This document shows, one piece after another, positions 24,936 through 38,022 of a stretch of 64,000 bases of DNA. The position numbers and the translations under genes are program-made. Origin of the DNA: Octopus vulgaris. Lineage: Eukaryota. The stretch's first letter is position 1, and each line of letters starts with the position of its first letter. The stretch spans positions 129,022,001 to 129,086,000 of the forward strand of contig OX597819.1 in assembly GCA_951406725.2 (NCBI GenBank), in the 5' to 3' direction. Under the pieces are notes generated by a model that saw only the letters and a program-made list of their open reading frames with translations, did not search any database and had not been told where the DNA came from.

Positions 24936-25107
24936 GAACAGTGGAAGTTGGAATGTTGGAATAGGATATGAGGACGAGAAAAAGAAAGATATATATAAAA
25001 TCTTACTGTTAACAAAATACATTAAATACTAAAAAACGTACATATAGGACAGACACAGATACATATATAATGTGTGTGTGTGCGCATGTGTGGTTATAGG
25101 TATTGTA

Positions 25108-25524
25108 GGCGGCGAACTGGCAGAAACGTTAGCACGCCGGGCGAAATGCTTAGCTGTATTTCGTCTGTCGTTACGTTCTGAGTTCAAATGACGCCGAGGT
25201 CGACTTTGCCTTTCATCCTTTCGGGGTCGATTAAATAAGTACCAGTTACGCACTGGGGTCGATGTAATCGACTTAATCCGTTTGTCTGTCTTTGTTTGTC
25301 CCCTCTGTGTTTAGCCCCTTGTGGGTAGTAAAGAAATAGGTATTTCGTCAGCCGTTACGTTCTGAGTTCAAATTACGCCGAGGTCGACTTTGCCTTTCAT
25401 CCTTTCGGGGTCGATAAACTAAGTACCAATTTACGCACTGGGGTCGATGTAATCGACTTAATCCGTTTGTCTGTCCTTGTTTGCCTTCTCTGTGTTTAGC
25501 CCCTTGTGGGTAGTAAATAAATAG
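25108..25524 (+). mobile_element. SINE family B dimer (full copy plus headless copy)
   Basis: Junction AAGAAATAG|GTATTTCGTC at 25339/25340; TSD-like ATAG(G/A)TATTGTAG on both sides. Confidence 0.9.
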
Positions 25525-25725
25525 ATATTGTAGTTGTTCCCTTTAAATGTGTCTAGCAATGTAACCGGCGCCCGTGAAGCCAATATTGTAGCTTCTGTTG
25601 CTCCATGAAGTCTGCTGTGTTCAAGAACTGGTTTTAGATATTATTCATAAAGCAAATAATTCTAATGCTAACAATAGTTATGTTAGAATTAGCATATTCA
25701 ATGCAGGGGCAATTAGAAATGCTAC

Positions 25726-25771
25726 TCTAGACTGATGATGGACAAGACCCAGAAACATGCAAGTCTCTAGA
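25726..25771 (+). ncRNA. Type I hammerhead ribozyme, canonical core
   Basis: TCTAGA-CTGATGA-TGG(acaagac)CCA-GAAA-C(atgcaa)G-TC-TCTAGA; 6-bp stem I, GUC site after 25765. Confidence 0.8.
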
Positions 25772-26799
25772 TGCAGGCCTAGCTGTTGGGGGTGTTTGTC
25801 TCCCCTTCGTAAATATATAAGGACACAGGAAATGTGTCAAGGCCGACAGGAAGCGTCGATGCTTCCTAGGGCTAAACAGCGGTGTGGTAATTCCCTTACA
25901 GGACTGTCACGTTAAGTTGACAGTATACAACCACTCCAACTAGAAATAATTATACGATAAGTAGTATCAATATCAATCAGTGACAAATATCATTTTAATT
26001 AATTCGCCAAGGATGGGAGAACACTCTTGGCATATTTCGGTCTTATATGATTTTATCAGCGACGTATAGATTTCGCAGTACTTACTGAAGTAGCGATAGG
26101 AAAATCTCGAAGTTAATGTACGTTAATGTTGTATGAATTATCTAGAGAATAAATTATTCAAAAACACCATTTAAACCGTACTTTTCTCATCAAACTAACG
26201 GATGCAAACTAAATCTCTGAAATAAGTATGTCTGTTTAAGTAATGTGTTCAGCGTGACCTAGTGTAGCAACGAAGTTTAAATCCTGCTGTTGAGGGAAAA
26301 TAGTTCAAGGCTGGTATACAACATACCTCAACGCTTCTATCTTTTTTACCATATATACATACACATATATGTACACACAGTAACACACAAAAACACACAC
26401 ACACACACATATATGTGCATATATTTTTCATCATCCTTGTCTGCAATGTCAATCTATATGGTAATTGAAGAACAGAGAGAACGTCTTTTCTTCTTTCTGA
26501 AATCCGAAACAAAAGCAATATAAAGTATCTGACATACGGTTTATGTATTATGGGATAGCTTTCAAGAAACGCAGGAGGCTGGTATTTCCACTAAAGAACA
26601 GTTTACAAAATGTTATGTAAAAATTAGCGAGAGAAGATGCCAAATAGATATTTTTTTATTTATTTTCAGTTGCACATTAACATGTTTATATATGTGTGAG
26701 TGAGCATGTATATACGTTTGTACGTAGTGTGTGTATGCATGTGTGTGACCTATGTGTATGTATGTGTGTGTGAGTATATGTATATACGTACACATAATA

Positions 26800-26879
<80 letters not shown>

Positions 26880-26880
<1 letters not shown>

Positions 26881-27274
26881 TAGCAGTATCGCCCGGCGTT
26901 GCTCGGGTTTGTAAGGGAAATAACTATATAAGCATTTTTAGAGATGTAAAGTATAATAGCCATCTCAATATGGCTAACCACAAAGGGGGTGTATTTCTGT
27001 AGCTTTTTACGTTCTGAGATTTAATAATAAATTTTTAGAGAGTTACTTCCCTTATATATGCCAAAAATGCATTAAAAACGGGAAAAATTGATGGTAAATT
27101 TTTTTTAAATCGTAGACTCATCGTAGACGCGCGCTAATACCCAGAAGGGCTCGATATGAATCACGACTATAAGATACCCGGTTTTGGGTAAACTGCACCG
27201 CAAAATGTGGGAGTAGTTTGGAATCTAAATCGTAGGAGACAGACAGCACACAACCTCACTTTTATATATAAAGA
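26880..27274 (-). mobile_element. Non-autonomous Helitron, subtype A
   Basis: On the minus strand: A|TC 5' end, CCCGAGCAACGCCGGG hairpin, CTAG|T 3' end, no TSD. Confidence 0.9.
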
Positions 27275-27280
27275 TATGTA

Positions 27281-27316
<36 letters not shown>

Positions 27317-27573
27317 TGTATGTATGTATGTATGTATGTATGTATGCATGCCTGTATGTATGTACATATATGTTTGTGTGTACAATATAACAGTAATTAT
27401 GATAAATTATACTCTGCCGATACTCCGAATTACCTGTTACCGTAATTCCACATGACTCATATCTCTTCAAAAGGCGGTAATGCGAAAAATATAAAATGTA
27501 AAATCTCACTTTTAATTGCAATTATTATGCTATTACATAGGTCATTATTACTTACATAACAACTAGTAATAAT

Positions 27574-27626
<53 letters not shown>

Positions 27627-27630
<4 letters not shown>

Positions 27631-27890
27631 TTAAAATTAAGGATAAAATCTTTAAAGAAATTATCAGTAGTTAGCGTGAAAAACCTCGTAAGAGAAAAAA
27701 TCTGTAAATTTTTCCACTTTGAACATATTTATTTATATTATATAGAGGGTACTATTATTCATAGATACCGCACGCTAGGAGGGGCCCTTGCGGTCAAAAC
27801 TACTAAAATAAACAAATTGTACCGAATGCAAAACTTCAAAGTTTAGCGTGCTGTACCTATGAATAATAGTACCCTCTATATAATATAAAT
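27627..27890 (-). mobile_element. (TA)n-anchored fold-back element, PLE-end-like
   Basis: 47-bp inverted arms 27731-27777 and 27844-27890 with two mismatches; ~100-bp tail to the (TA)n. Confidence 0.55.
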
Positions 27891-28559
27891 GCAATTTTAA
27901 ATATGCAAATAAAACTTCAATTCCATTATCCCGGACACAATCTAATGATGCTGACAGGTGAACCAGTATTTTTGTTTTTGTTTTTTTTAGTTGCACAGAG
28001 GTGTACCGATATAATCTAGGATAAATATAGTAATAATAACAATAATCCTTGGATTGAATTCATAAATATTTAATGCATCGCTACGCACGTTTCCACAAAT
28101 CACGTGTCTCTTAAGATCACAGACCGTAATCCTGGAATGATTACAATGTAGTCCGTAGTATCCGTGGACATCGGGAAGATCATGTTCACGGATTCATTTC
28201 TTCAGGTAATATAACATTAATGGATGTTTACCAGAGGGGTGTTTATCCCTTTTAACATACTTAGTAGTCAAAAGGGATAAAAAACAAAAAAACCCTCTGT
28301 TATGTATGTAAATAGTCTTAATTTACACACAATACACAATACCCGGAAACAAATGTACAATTACATACCAGCTATATGCGAGAGAAGTCTGTGTGGATTT
28401 TAGTAATGTTCCTTTAGTTCCTGCTCGCATTGCCTCCGTTCAGATTAAGAAGTGGAATACAGCTCACTTATTTGGAGCACTACAACTCCAGTCTGTTTTA
28501 TATTTTCAGTATTGTTATTACTAGCGATCTCTAGATATAATTGTGTATTTTGTATTTTG

Positions 28560-28826
28560 TATGTGTATGTATGTATGTATGTATGTATGTATGTATGTAG
28601 GTAGGTAGGTAGGTAGGTAGGTAGGTAGGTAGATAGGTAGGTAGGTAGGTAGGTAGGTAGGTAGGTAGGTAGGTAGGTAGGTAGGTAGGTAGATAGGTAG
28701 GTAGGTAGATAGATAGGTAGGTAGGTATGTAGGTAGGTATGTAGGTAAGTAGATAGATAGATAGATAGGTAGGTAGGTAGGTAGGTAGGTAGGTAGGTAG
28801 GTAGGTAGGTAGGTAGGTAGGTAGGT
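28560..28826. repeat. Compound (ATGT)n-(AGGT)n microsatellite
   Basis: Source of the PTYL ORFs. Confidence 0.95.
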
Positions 28827-30054
28827 TGATATATACATGCGGTATATTGGCATCTAGGCAAATAGATATGTAGATATGTGCGTATATATATATATACTTA
28901 TGTATACATATAGGTACGTACATACATATATACATAGATATGTACATATATACACAGAACATACATACATACACAGTACATACATACATACGTTCACGGA
29001 TATATAAATATCTACATGCAGGAAGAGAAATGGTAAAAAATATATGTATGGAAATTTGACAAATAAAATATATGATGAAAATTAAATGGAAAGATGAAAG
29101 GCAAAAGAATTTCGAAAAAGAAAAAGAAGTATATAGATAATTTTCATTGTTAGTACGATAAAGAGTTCAGTGGGTGCTACTAAAAGAAGACTAGAGCGCA
29201 CACAGACATACAAACAAATATCCAAACACCTAGAGTCGCCTATTTACTGTGTTTTTCTGGCAGTTTACTGATCTTATCAGAGTTATCTCTCTTGATAGCT
29301 GGGGGGGGGTTAGCGTTAGACTTAAAATGTCCAGAGAGAGTTTTTATGGATTTATTGCAATGATAACTTCAGTTAATCGAACTTTTTCAACTCGTTATAT
29401 CACATAATACGATATCCTAGCCTTAAAGCATTTCTTTCGATTTTTCATTACACTTTCTACTATCAGACGGATCGGGAGATTCCGTCCGATCGCGAGATTC
29501 CATCCGATCGTTAACATCTCCAAGGAGTGGGGAGAGAGAGAGGGAGAAGGTTAAAAGAAAATTAGTTATGTATAATATTCCAAGGTTTATCTTAGATCAG
29601 AACTTTTCTGTGTGTTGAACTCTGCAAAAAGAAAAAAAAATCTACGTTAATATACGCAATATGAAAGAGCTAAGTTCCAACCGATATCGTCTTATCTTGA
29701 AGAATTATGTTGTTGTTGTTCGTGGTGGTTAAAAGCCACTCCCCTTGGAAGCTCTGATCAAATAGACCTGCCAGAAGTAAGCGTTCTCACCGTGACCCTC
29801 TCGTCTTTTTAGAGGTTATCTCTGACGACCTTATCATAACAGCACTGATCGGGAAGACTTATAATCAAACGCATTCCAGATGTGACTACCCCGTTTCTTT
29901 AGGACGAATATATATCTGTACGAGCACGAACACATACATTAGTACATACATATATACACAGAAACAAACGCACAGACATTTAAATATATACACAAGCACA
30001 GCTAGATTATACATACTTGTATGTATGTACGTATATGTTTTTGCAAGTATTATG

Positions 30055-30240
30055 CGTGGTCTGATCAATAAGTATCCGGACTGTTGTCATAGTAACGAAG
30101 CTAAAGCACGCAGAATGAAGCCGCTTGGCGCAGATTGACCTTCAACTCTGCCGTGCATGCGCACTAAGTTTTAACGTTCTGGCTTACTTCCGTTGTTTAC
30201 TCTGCGTGCTTTAGCTTCGTTACTTATCGATCAGACCTCG
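30055..30240. mobile_element. Mariner-type MITE
   Basis: TIRs CGTGGTCTGATCAATAAGTA / TACTTATCGATCAGACCTCG plus inner 24-bp inverted repeat AGTAACGAAGCTAAAGCACGCAGA; TA TSDs appear mutated. Confidence 0.75.
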
Positions 30241-30324
30241 TCTATGTGTGTCTATATATATGTAAGCGTGTGCGCGTACATGTGTGCGTGTGAGTGTATA
30301 TATATATATATGTGTGTGTGTGTG

Positions 30325-30650
<326 letters not shown>

Positions 30651-30693
30651 TATACATACATACAAATATGTATATATATATATACAAATACAT

Positions 30694-30724
<31 letters not shown>

Positions 30725-30725
<1 letters not shown>

Positions 30726-30965
30726 GGATGAATGGATTATCCTTTGTTTACCGTTAACATGGAAAATTCAATAAACAGTTACCAGGGTAGCAAAATTCAC
30801 GCAGGTAACACAGATGAAGCGATCTATTCAAAGGTAGAAACTCCGGATTAATGTGCAGTAATTTGTGTGGTATAAGTAAATAAATCGAGTTGAACGAAAA
30901 TGTTATTAAAATTCTTTTACTTTCGACATATGTTTCGAAGACAACATGGTATTATTCCTTTGGAA
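30725..30965 (-). mobile_element. 5'-truncated PLE pLTR with the 3' half of an HHR (30920-30940)
   Basis: Minus strand CTTC-GAAA-CATATG-TC-GAAAG; related to 4685-4997; flanked by (TA)n. Confidence 0.65.
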
Positions 30966-31937
30966 TATATATATATATATATAATGGATGGTCATGTTTG
31001 GTGTTAATAACACCAACAACGAACGACGAAGGACGGCAACTACAAGTCACTTCAGGACAGCTAATGTCCACAAAATACATCAGTGATAGGATATTTACAG
31101 GTAGGAGATGCAGAGAGAAGAAACAGCACATTTGCGATCCAGGAGTTATATCTTGTTGCTAAGTATTTACCAAGCAGTCGAACGACTTGCTTCCGTATAT
31201 TCTCTCGAGTATTTCCATATGTTGTAGCGAGGCAGTGTCATTATACGAGCGCCATATTTGAGCTTCGTAAATGATCGACAACTGGTCAGGGTTAAAGTTG
31301 TCGTAAACGGACCCTTGTTGTTGTTGTTGCTACTGCTGCTGCTGTTTTTGTCATTGTTGATGATCTCTAACTCTATTCTTAAGATAACACATCTGTGATC
31401 ACATGCGTTCAAGCCATGACCATCACGTCTTTTGTCGGGTGGCGTGTACATCCGGCACCAGACTGCTAACTGACAAAATTGCTAGAACAGCGAATAAAAT
31501 ACTTTGCGATATTTGTGCCTTTTGTCCTTCCTGGGTCGAACAACCAGAATACTAGGGTCCATATAACCTTTTCCCCTTCTCGTTGAGTGTCTGCTGCGAC
31601 AAGGTTTTGATTGTAGGGTGCCGAGAGGATAACTATGTCTGCTGGTGAATACACAAGCACCTAAAACGAGAACGAAGGCATAGCATCTCCTGCTAGCAAG
31701 TCCTACTCGTTTGCTAGTGACGGACCGAGCCCCATCCGTTCTCAGGACCGCTTTCTATGTGCTTCCTTCCTTTTTTAAGGCGGTAAATCGTGATTTCAAG
31801 GAGATTAAGTTGCTATTTCTATCAGTTGAAATGATTATAAAGAGGCGTCTTCGCTGACTTCACAGTGCTGAAGTCTATTATGCGGAAACATAGACAGGTT
31901 ACAGTGGTGATAACCCGTCTCATTTTAAGCTGCGGGA

Positions 31938-32390
31938 GACGGCGATCTGGCGGAATCGTTAACACATCGGGCAAAATGTTTAGCGGCATTTCATCCGTCT
32001 TTACGTTCTTAAGTTCAAATTTCGCCGAGGTCGACTTTACCCTTCATCCTTTTGGGGTCGATAAAATAAGTACCAGTTGAGCACTGGAGTTAATATAACC
32101 GACTTATCCCCTCCCCGAACGTGCTGGTCTTGAGCCAAAATTTGAAACAGATGCAATCAATCAGCTAGAGAGAAGGAGGATTAACAAAATTATTAAATCT
32201 CCGGAAGAAATCTTTGCAGTATTTGTTTCTGATTCTTTTCGTTCCGAGTTCAAATCCGTCCTAGGTCAACATTGTCCTTCATCCTTTCAGGGTAGATAAA
32301 ATAAAGTTTCAGTCAATTACTAGGGGTCAGTAGTATCGACTAACTGCCTCACCTCAAAACTATTCGCTTTGTGCCTACATCAAAAGCAAT
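31938..32390 (+). mobile_element. Two SINE family B copies, the second decayed
   Basis: AGTTCAAATTTCGCCGAGGTCGACTT...TTCATCCTTTTGGGGTCGATAAA. Confidence 0.8.
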
Positions 32391-33439
32391 CTAATCACTC
32401 GGTTGGCAATAACTTTCGATGAATGTTTTCAGACATTTTTTCTTTTAAAAACTTGAATCGAAGCAGCATCACCCGCGCCACCACTTTGCATTCTATCATC
32501 AATCTCGCAAGATTTGTTTTATTCTGCCACCACTAATTACGTAAGTTGTATCGTTAATTTCATTCATAGTTTGTGTTGGCATTTTATTTTTTTATCTTCA
32601 AATGGTCATTCACCACAGATAACACTGAAGACAATAGATATTCGAAAAATATGTTAAAATATTTTTTTAAACATTATTCAACAACAATAACAACAAAAAT
32701 CTATGTCTATTAGCTTAAATAACCCAACTTAATCACTACGCTGTCCAGGGATGCAGACATTTCGAACAATAGTCTCTTAAAACAATAGATTTGAAAGCAT
32801 TTTTAGTTAGGTTTCTTTGATGAATGTCATTAGAATAGATGGACAAAATGGTGGCTTTTATCGAACATATTCTCTTAATAATATTATTTCCTACACCAGC
32901 GTCTACACAAACTTTTACACTTGTTTTAGTGGTTCTGCTATCATTATTTCGACACGAAGTCTATGCTTCGTTGACGAGGCCAAAGTGAAATAACGAAATA
33001 TATCTACAGTTTTCTCCGCTGTTTAAAATAATTAAAACAATATTGGTCGTTGACAAATAGTATTTTTGTTTTGTTTTTATATTACTACATAGTTATATCA
33101 AATTAATTTATTAATGTTCACTGCTTTAAATGAATTAAGACTAACTTATCTATTGTGTTTCATGATGATATTCCATTGCTAGTTGTTCGAAGTTGTTATT
33201 CTAGTGTAGAAAATTATGGTTAGATATTCGCGAGAACCATTAACAATGGGAAAACAATATCTCTATAACTCAAACCAGCATAAACAAACTATACATAACG
33301 ATAGATACAGACACATACGAGCGCATGAATACACACATCTGAACACACATATGATACATACAAACGCACACATACACACACAGCAATTAACAAACAAAAT
33401 ACAAAAAAAAACATACACATATAAATATATTGTTGCTGC

Positions 33440-33486
33440 ATAGTTATATGGTTTAGAAACTTGCTTTGCAGCCACATGGTTTCGGG

Positions 33487-33535
<49 letters not shown>

Positions 33536-33935
33536 AGAGTTTATGAAAAAACGAAAGACGAAAACAGGTGGTGCACAAAACAAATAGATGTATTAGTATA
33601 ACGCTCAGGAATAGAAAAAGTATTTTACGTTTCGAGCCTATGCTCTTCTACAGAAAGGGACACAGAAAAAAAAACAAGGAGAGAAACAAGGAGAGAAAAA
33701 AATGTGTGTAGTGGCTAACGATCTATATATGCATGTGTATGTGTCTTTATGTTTGTGTTTCTGCACCGGCCACTATTTGACAACCGGTGATGGTTTGTTC
33801 ATGAAAAGAGATCGCTAGAATAGGTACCAGATATAGAAATCAGTCCTGAGATTGATTTGTTCGACTAAACATTACAAGGCGGCGTCCCACCATGACCACA
33901 GTCTAATGATTGAAACAAGTGAAAGATGAAAGATA
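33440..33935 (+). mobile_element. Decayed SINE family A, interrupted at (TA)n
   Basis: Head remnant CCACATGGTTTCGGGTTCA; tail GTCTAATGATTGAAACAAGT. Confidence 0.65.
33533..33723 (-). mobile_element. ~190-bp element with variant HHR (33623-33657)
   Basis: Minus strand CTTT-CTGTAGA-A-GAGC(atag)GCTC-GAAAC-GTA-AAA; same family as 40772 and 42497. Confidence 0.75.
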
Positions 33936-34379
33936 AAGCACAAATGTAAACTAAAAACAGAGACCGATTCATCAACGATAGGAGGAAGCGGAGTAAACTC
34001 ATTAGCCATGCTAATGACCGTTCCCAGCACTCAGTATGTAACTTTAAGTAACTAAAATGTCTTAATGTACAGGTATCCCATTCTCTGATCATTGATGGAC
34101 CAGAACCTCTGCATTTATTTAAGAGTAGGTACTTCAAATTTCGGCGGCCGCTAAAGTAGTTTACTGGTATCTTGCACAAACTAATACCTTGCACAGTACA
34201 GTATTAATAAACTTACTTATACTAATATACAAGTCTTGTATTTCGTTTAATTATCTAAGTAAATTTAGAGTATTTAATTCAGAGTGTTGTGTCCAAGTTG
34301 ACTACCTCTTGTTCGAAAAAAAATCAGCAATCTGGAGAGGTTTTGAAACTAAAGATTCCAGAAAATTGATGTTATATCT

Positions 34380-34897
34380 TAAATCTCAGAGCGAGATGTA
34401 AACAGTAACTGCTCAACAACGTAAAGTATAAAAGCCATCTCAACATGGCCAACCACAAAGTGGGGGTAAATAGCTATAGTAACACCCCCACTTTGTGGTT
34501 GGCTATGTTGAGATGGCTTTTATACTTTACGTTGTTGAGCAGTTACTGTTTACATCTCGCTCTGAGATTTAATAATGCTTACAGTCAGTTTTTCGAAATC
34601 AGTGGCAGACGTCACTAGAAAAACTCTTATATATTTGCAAAGCAAGCCTTGCCTTTCATCATGACCTTGTGGTTACCGCCCGTTGATAAGAGACAATAAT
34701 CTCGAAACCGCGGTCCGGTGCGTATCACTGAGGCTTACGAGGTAGGGATGGCTTCCCTTTGCAAATACCTGAAGGGCACAGAAAGTGTGTCTAAAGCCAG
34801 CTGGAGACGTCGATCTCCTGGGGCTAAATAGCTACAGTAACACCCCCCACTTTGTGGTTGGCTATATGTTGAGATGGCTTTTATACTTTACGATGTT
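34380..34897 (+). mobile_element. Retrozyme-like or pLTR unit: 358-bp monomer with ~70-bp terminal redundancy and 5' inverted segment
   Basis: 34467-34535 repeated at 34825-34897; 34380-34467 is an inverted copy of 34484-34571; a single HHR inside. Confidence 0.7.
34677..34722 (+). ncRNA. Type I hammerhead ribozyme with compensated U3:A8 core
   Basis: CGCCCG-TTGATAA-GAGA(caataa)TCTC-GAAA-CCGCGG-TC-CGG(t)GCG; palindromic ACCGCGGT, GUC site after 34715. Confidence 0.8.
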
Positions 34898-35739
34898 ATA
34901 TCTATTTTACATTAAACACGCTGGCATTCACTTTACTATTGGAATGAAAACGTCATGAAATCTAGCATCGATTGTTGGGTGACAACAGAATATCCCATTA
35001 TATCAAGGGCTAATCAGCCTGACAAAGACCGTCTCTCTTCACGTTACTGAATTTTGTTGGAATTAAAAGCAGTGAAACAGCTGAACCGAGAAAAAGAAAT
35101 TACACAAGGACTCAACGAGCCGGTAGCTGACCACTTTTGTACAGCGCTCGCATTTTAGGCCCCCTTGTAGTTTATCAAAGGAAATAATCTTCAAAAGAAT
35201 CCATTCTTTTTCACATTTCAGGAAATTACACATGCGAATAAATAGATGAAATAGATCAATGGATCAAAGGAATCGATCTTTGAATGAAAACTTGTTTTCT
35301 AAGTGCTTCCCCCTACACATCGGTACTTCCAGCAAAGGGCGAATGGAAGTGATGCCGAATATATTTATTTCCAATTTCTTTTGAAACATTTTCAGTGAAA
35401 CACTTAAAAGAAAGCGTTTCGTATTAATACGTTGCTACTGCTTAATTTTCTACCCTGATTATAAAAGTGGCCACAGCGAAATTTGAACTCAAACAAAACA
35501 GAAATATTTTACTCTGGTTGGAGAATGGCTTCACTGCACATACTCTCAATAAAGGACTCAATACTGACTGTAGAGTTAAAACAATATTTATCAATAGTAA
35601 ACTATTTACCCTCAAATTTCACCAATAGTAGCTTTTCAAAACAGTTTTTAAAAAGCCAATAACAATGAAACTCCGAAGTTATACAATTACTACTACTACT
35701 ACTCATAAATATTAGATAGATAGAAAGATAGACGGACTG

Positions 35740-35741
35740 GC

Positions 35742-35800
<59 letters not shown>

Positions 35801-35805
35801 CAGAC

Positions 35806-35883
<78 letters not shown>

Positions 35884-35900
35884 GGATACAGATAGACAGA
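35740..35900. repeat. (AGAT)n/(AGAC)n microsatellite
   Basis: Direct inspection. Confidence 0.95.
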
Positions 35901-35911
35901 AAGACAATTAG

Positions 35912-36060
35912 GACGTGCGCTAGTGGTTAAGATATAAGGCTCACGATCATAATACCGTTGGTTCAATTCAAGGACCGGGTGGCGCATTGTCTCCTTGAGC
36001 AAGTACTTAATTTCTCGTTGCCCAGTTTATTCACCTGAAAACGAATACCGAGTACTGGTG
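35912..36060 (+). mobile_element. Decayed SINE family D head and core
   Basis: TAGTGGTTAAG...GGTTCAATTC..GGACCGGG..GCGCATTGTCTCCTTGAGCAAG. Confidence 0.65.
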
Positions 36061-36234
36061 CAGCTCTCACTCGCTCCATTTATCACATCCGGAATGTGTC
36101 GCTGGGTCCAATAGGCGGGAGAATCGAGAGGTTTGCCTATGTTTGCTCGCGATTACACACAGACATGTAAAATAATAAACACAAGAATGGTACATGTTTC
36201 CAAACCATAAACATTCGCGAGTGACGACTGGTTC

Positions 36235-36289
<55 letters not shown>

Positions 36290-36546
36290 AATAAACAGTA
36301 AAAGCCACGTTTTTAATTACTTGGGGACAAAACCTTTTCCCATAGCAATATCCGGGTGATGACATGAAGCAGAAGATATAAAAATGTTGGAAACTTTGAT
36401 TCTAATAAGTGATTCTAATAAGTGAATAACTTTTAATTCACTTTCAATAAAAAAATTCATATTTCATTAATCACGATAACAATAACAATTTATTGATATA
36501 ATCAGTGATCATATAAAACGGCTTCCAACCTACTAACACACTAATA

Positions 36547-36780
36547 CCTATTTCTTTACTACCCACAAGGAGCTAAATACAGAGAGGACAAACAAGGCCA
36601 GATAAACGGATTAAGTCGATTACATCGACCCCAGTGTGTAACTGGTACTTAATTTATCGACCTCGAAAGGATGAAAGGCAAAGTCGACCTCGGCGGAATT
36701 TGAACTCAGAACGTAACGGCAGACGAAATACGGCTACGCATTTCGCCCGGCGTGCTAACGTTTCTGTCAGCTCGCCGCCA
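36547..36780 (-). mobile_element. SINE family B, full length
   Basis: Complete head-to-tail match to 38023-38256 in reverse. Confidence 0.9.
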
Positions 36781-36872
36781 GTCATATTGGCCAAACGTAG
36801 CACCCCAGCTTCTCTTATACGCCCAGTAACAACATACAATTCTACTGGACCTTTTATTCTAATATGTAGATA

Positions 36873-37372
36873 TCTTTATATATAAAAGTCAAGTTCTGTG
36901 TCTATCTCCTACGATTTAGATTCCTAACTACTCCCACATTTTGCGGTGCAGTTTAACCAAAACCGTGTATCTTATAGTCGTGATTCATATCGAGCCCTTC
37001 TAGGTATTAGCGCGCGTCTACGATGAGTCTACGATTTTTAAAAAAATTACCATCATTTTTTTCCATTTTAATGCATTTTTTAAACTATTATATAAGGGAA
37101 GTAACTCTCTAAAAATGTCTACGATGAGTCAACGATTTAAAAAAAAATTTACCATCATTTTTTTTCCATTTTAATGCATTTTTTAGCTATTATATAAGGA
37201 AAGTAACTCTCTAAAAATGTCTACGATGAGTCAACGATTTTTTAAAAAATTTACCATAATTTTTTTTTCATTTTTAATGCATTTTTTTGCTATTTTTTTG
37301 CTATAACTCTCTAAAAATGCTTATATAGTTATTTCCCTTGCAAACCCGAGCAACGCCGGGCGATACTGCTAG
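36873..37372 (+). mobile_element. Non-autonomous Helitron, subtype B (three internal ~95-100 bp tandem units)
   Basis: A|TC start, hairpin at 37345-37360, CTAG|T end; TCTACGATGAGTC unit occurs three times. Confidence 0.9.
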
Positions 37373-38022
37373 TTTATTTTAAAATCATCTTAAATAAATA
37401 AAAAAAATCTTCTTGAATAATAAATCCTTTATACACTTATTCTGATATCATAAATCAGTCGATAACAAACTAAACGGTAACTCGACCATCTTCTATACAA
37501 TTTCTATTTTTTACAAATTTCATCAGATAGATTTTGGCTGATCGAAAGCTATAGTAGACTGCACTTACCTAAGGTACTGCGTAGCGGGATAGAACCCGAA
37601 ATCACGTAGTTGCTAAACAATCATCTTAATTGCACATCGACAAACGTGCGAAATAGAAGCAGATTGATTAATCAAATAACCGAATGAATAAGAAAATATT
37701 GGCTCGTCAGCATTCTCGAGCAAACTGCTTCGTTATAAGAAGCCATTGCATAGTTTGGTCTCTAATTGGGTTACGTCTGCAATTCGGAATCTTGCAGAAT
37801 CTTTTACCTCGCAGCATTTCTTTATATGGAATTTTCAAAATTGGTCAAGACCATTAGTATTAAAGCAAATGGCTTCTGAGTGGTGATTGGTGAGTGATGG
37901 TTGGTGTCTGATAGTTTGTGTGTGATGGTTGGTTCTTATAGTGTATTGTATCGTTTGTATGTGGTGTACTGTGATGGTTGCTTCATGATGGCTGGTGTAA
38001 GATGGTGGTACGTGATGGTGGG

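Noticed and set aside
25802-25880. Resemblance to pistol, twister-sister or HDV ribozymes (UAAAUAG, UGCAA, GGCUAA words)
   Set aside because: Short words match, but I could not build the required pseudoknots in the correct order; left as an unnamed motif
36634-36885. Recurring ORF NWYLIYRPRKDERQSRPRRNLNSER (also at 25029, 37835, 38228, 38439)
   Set aside because: Antisense translation of SINE family B, not a gene family
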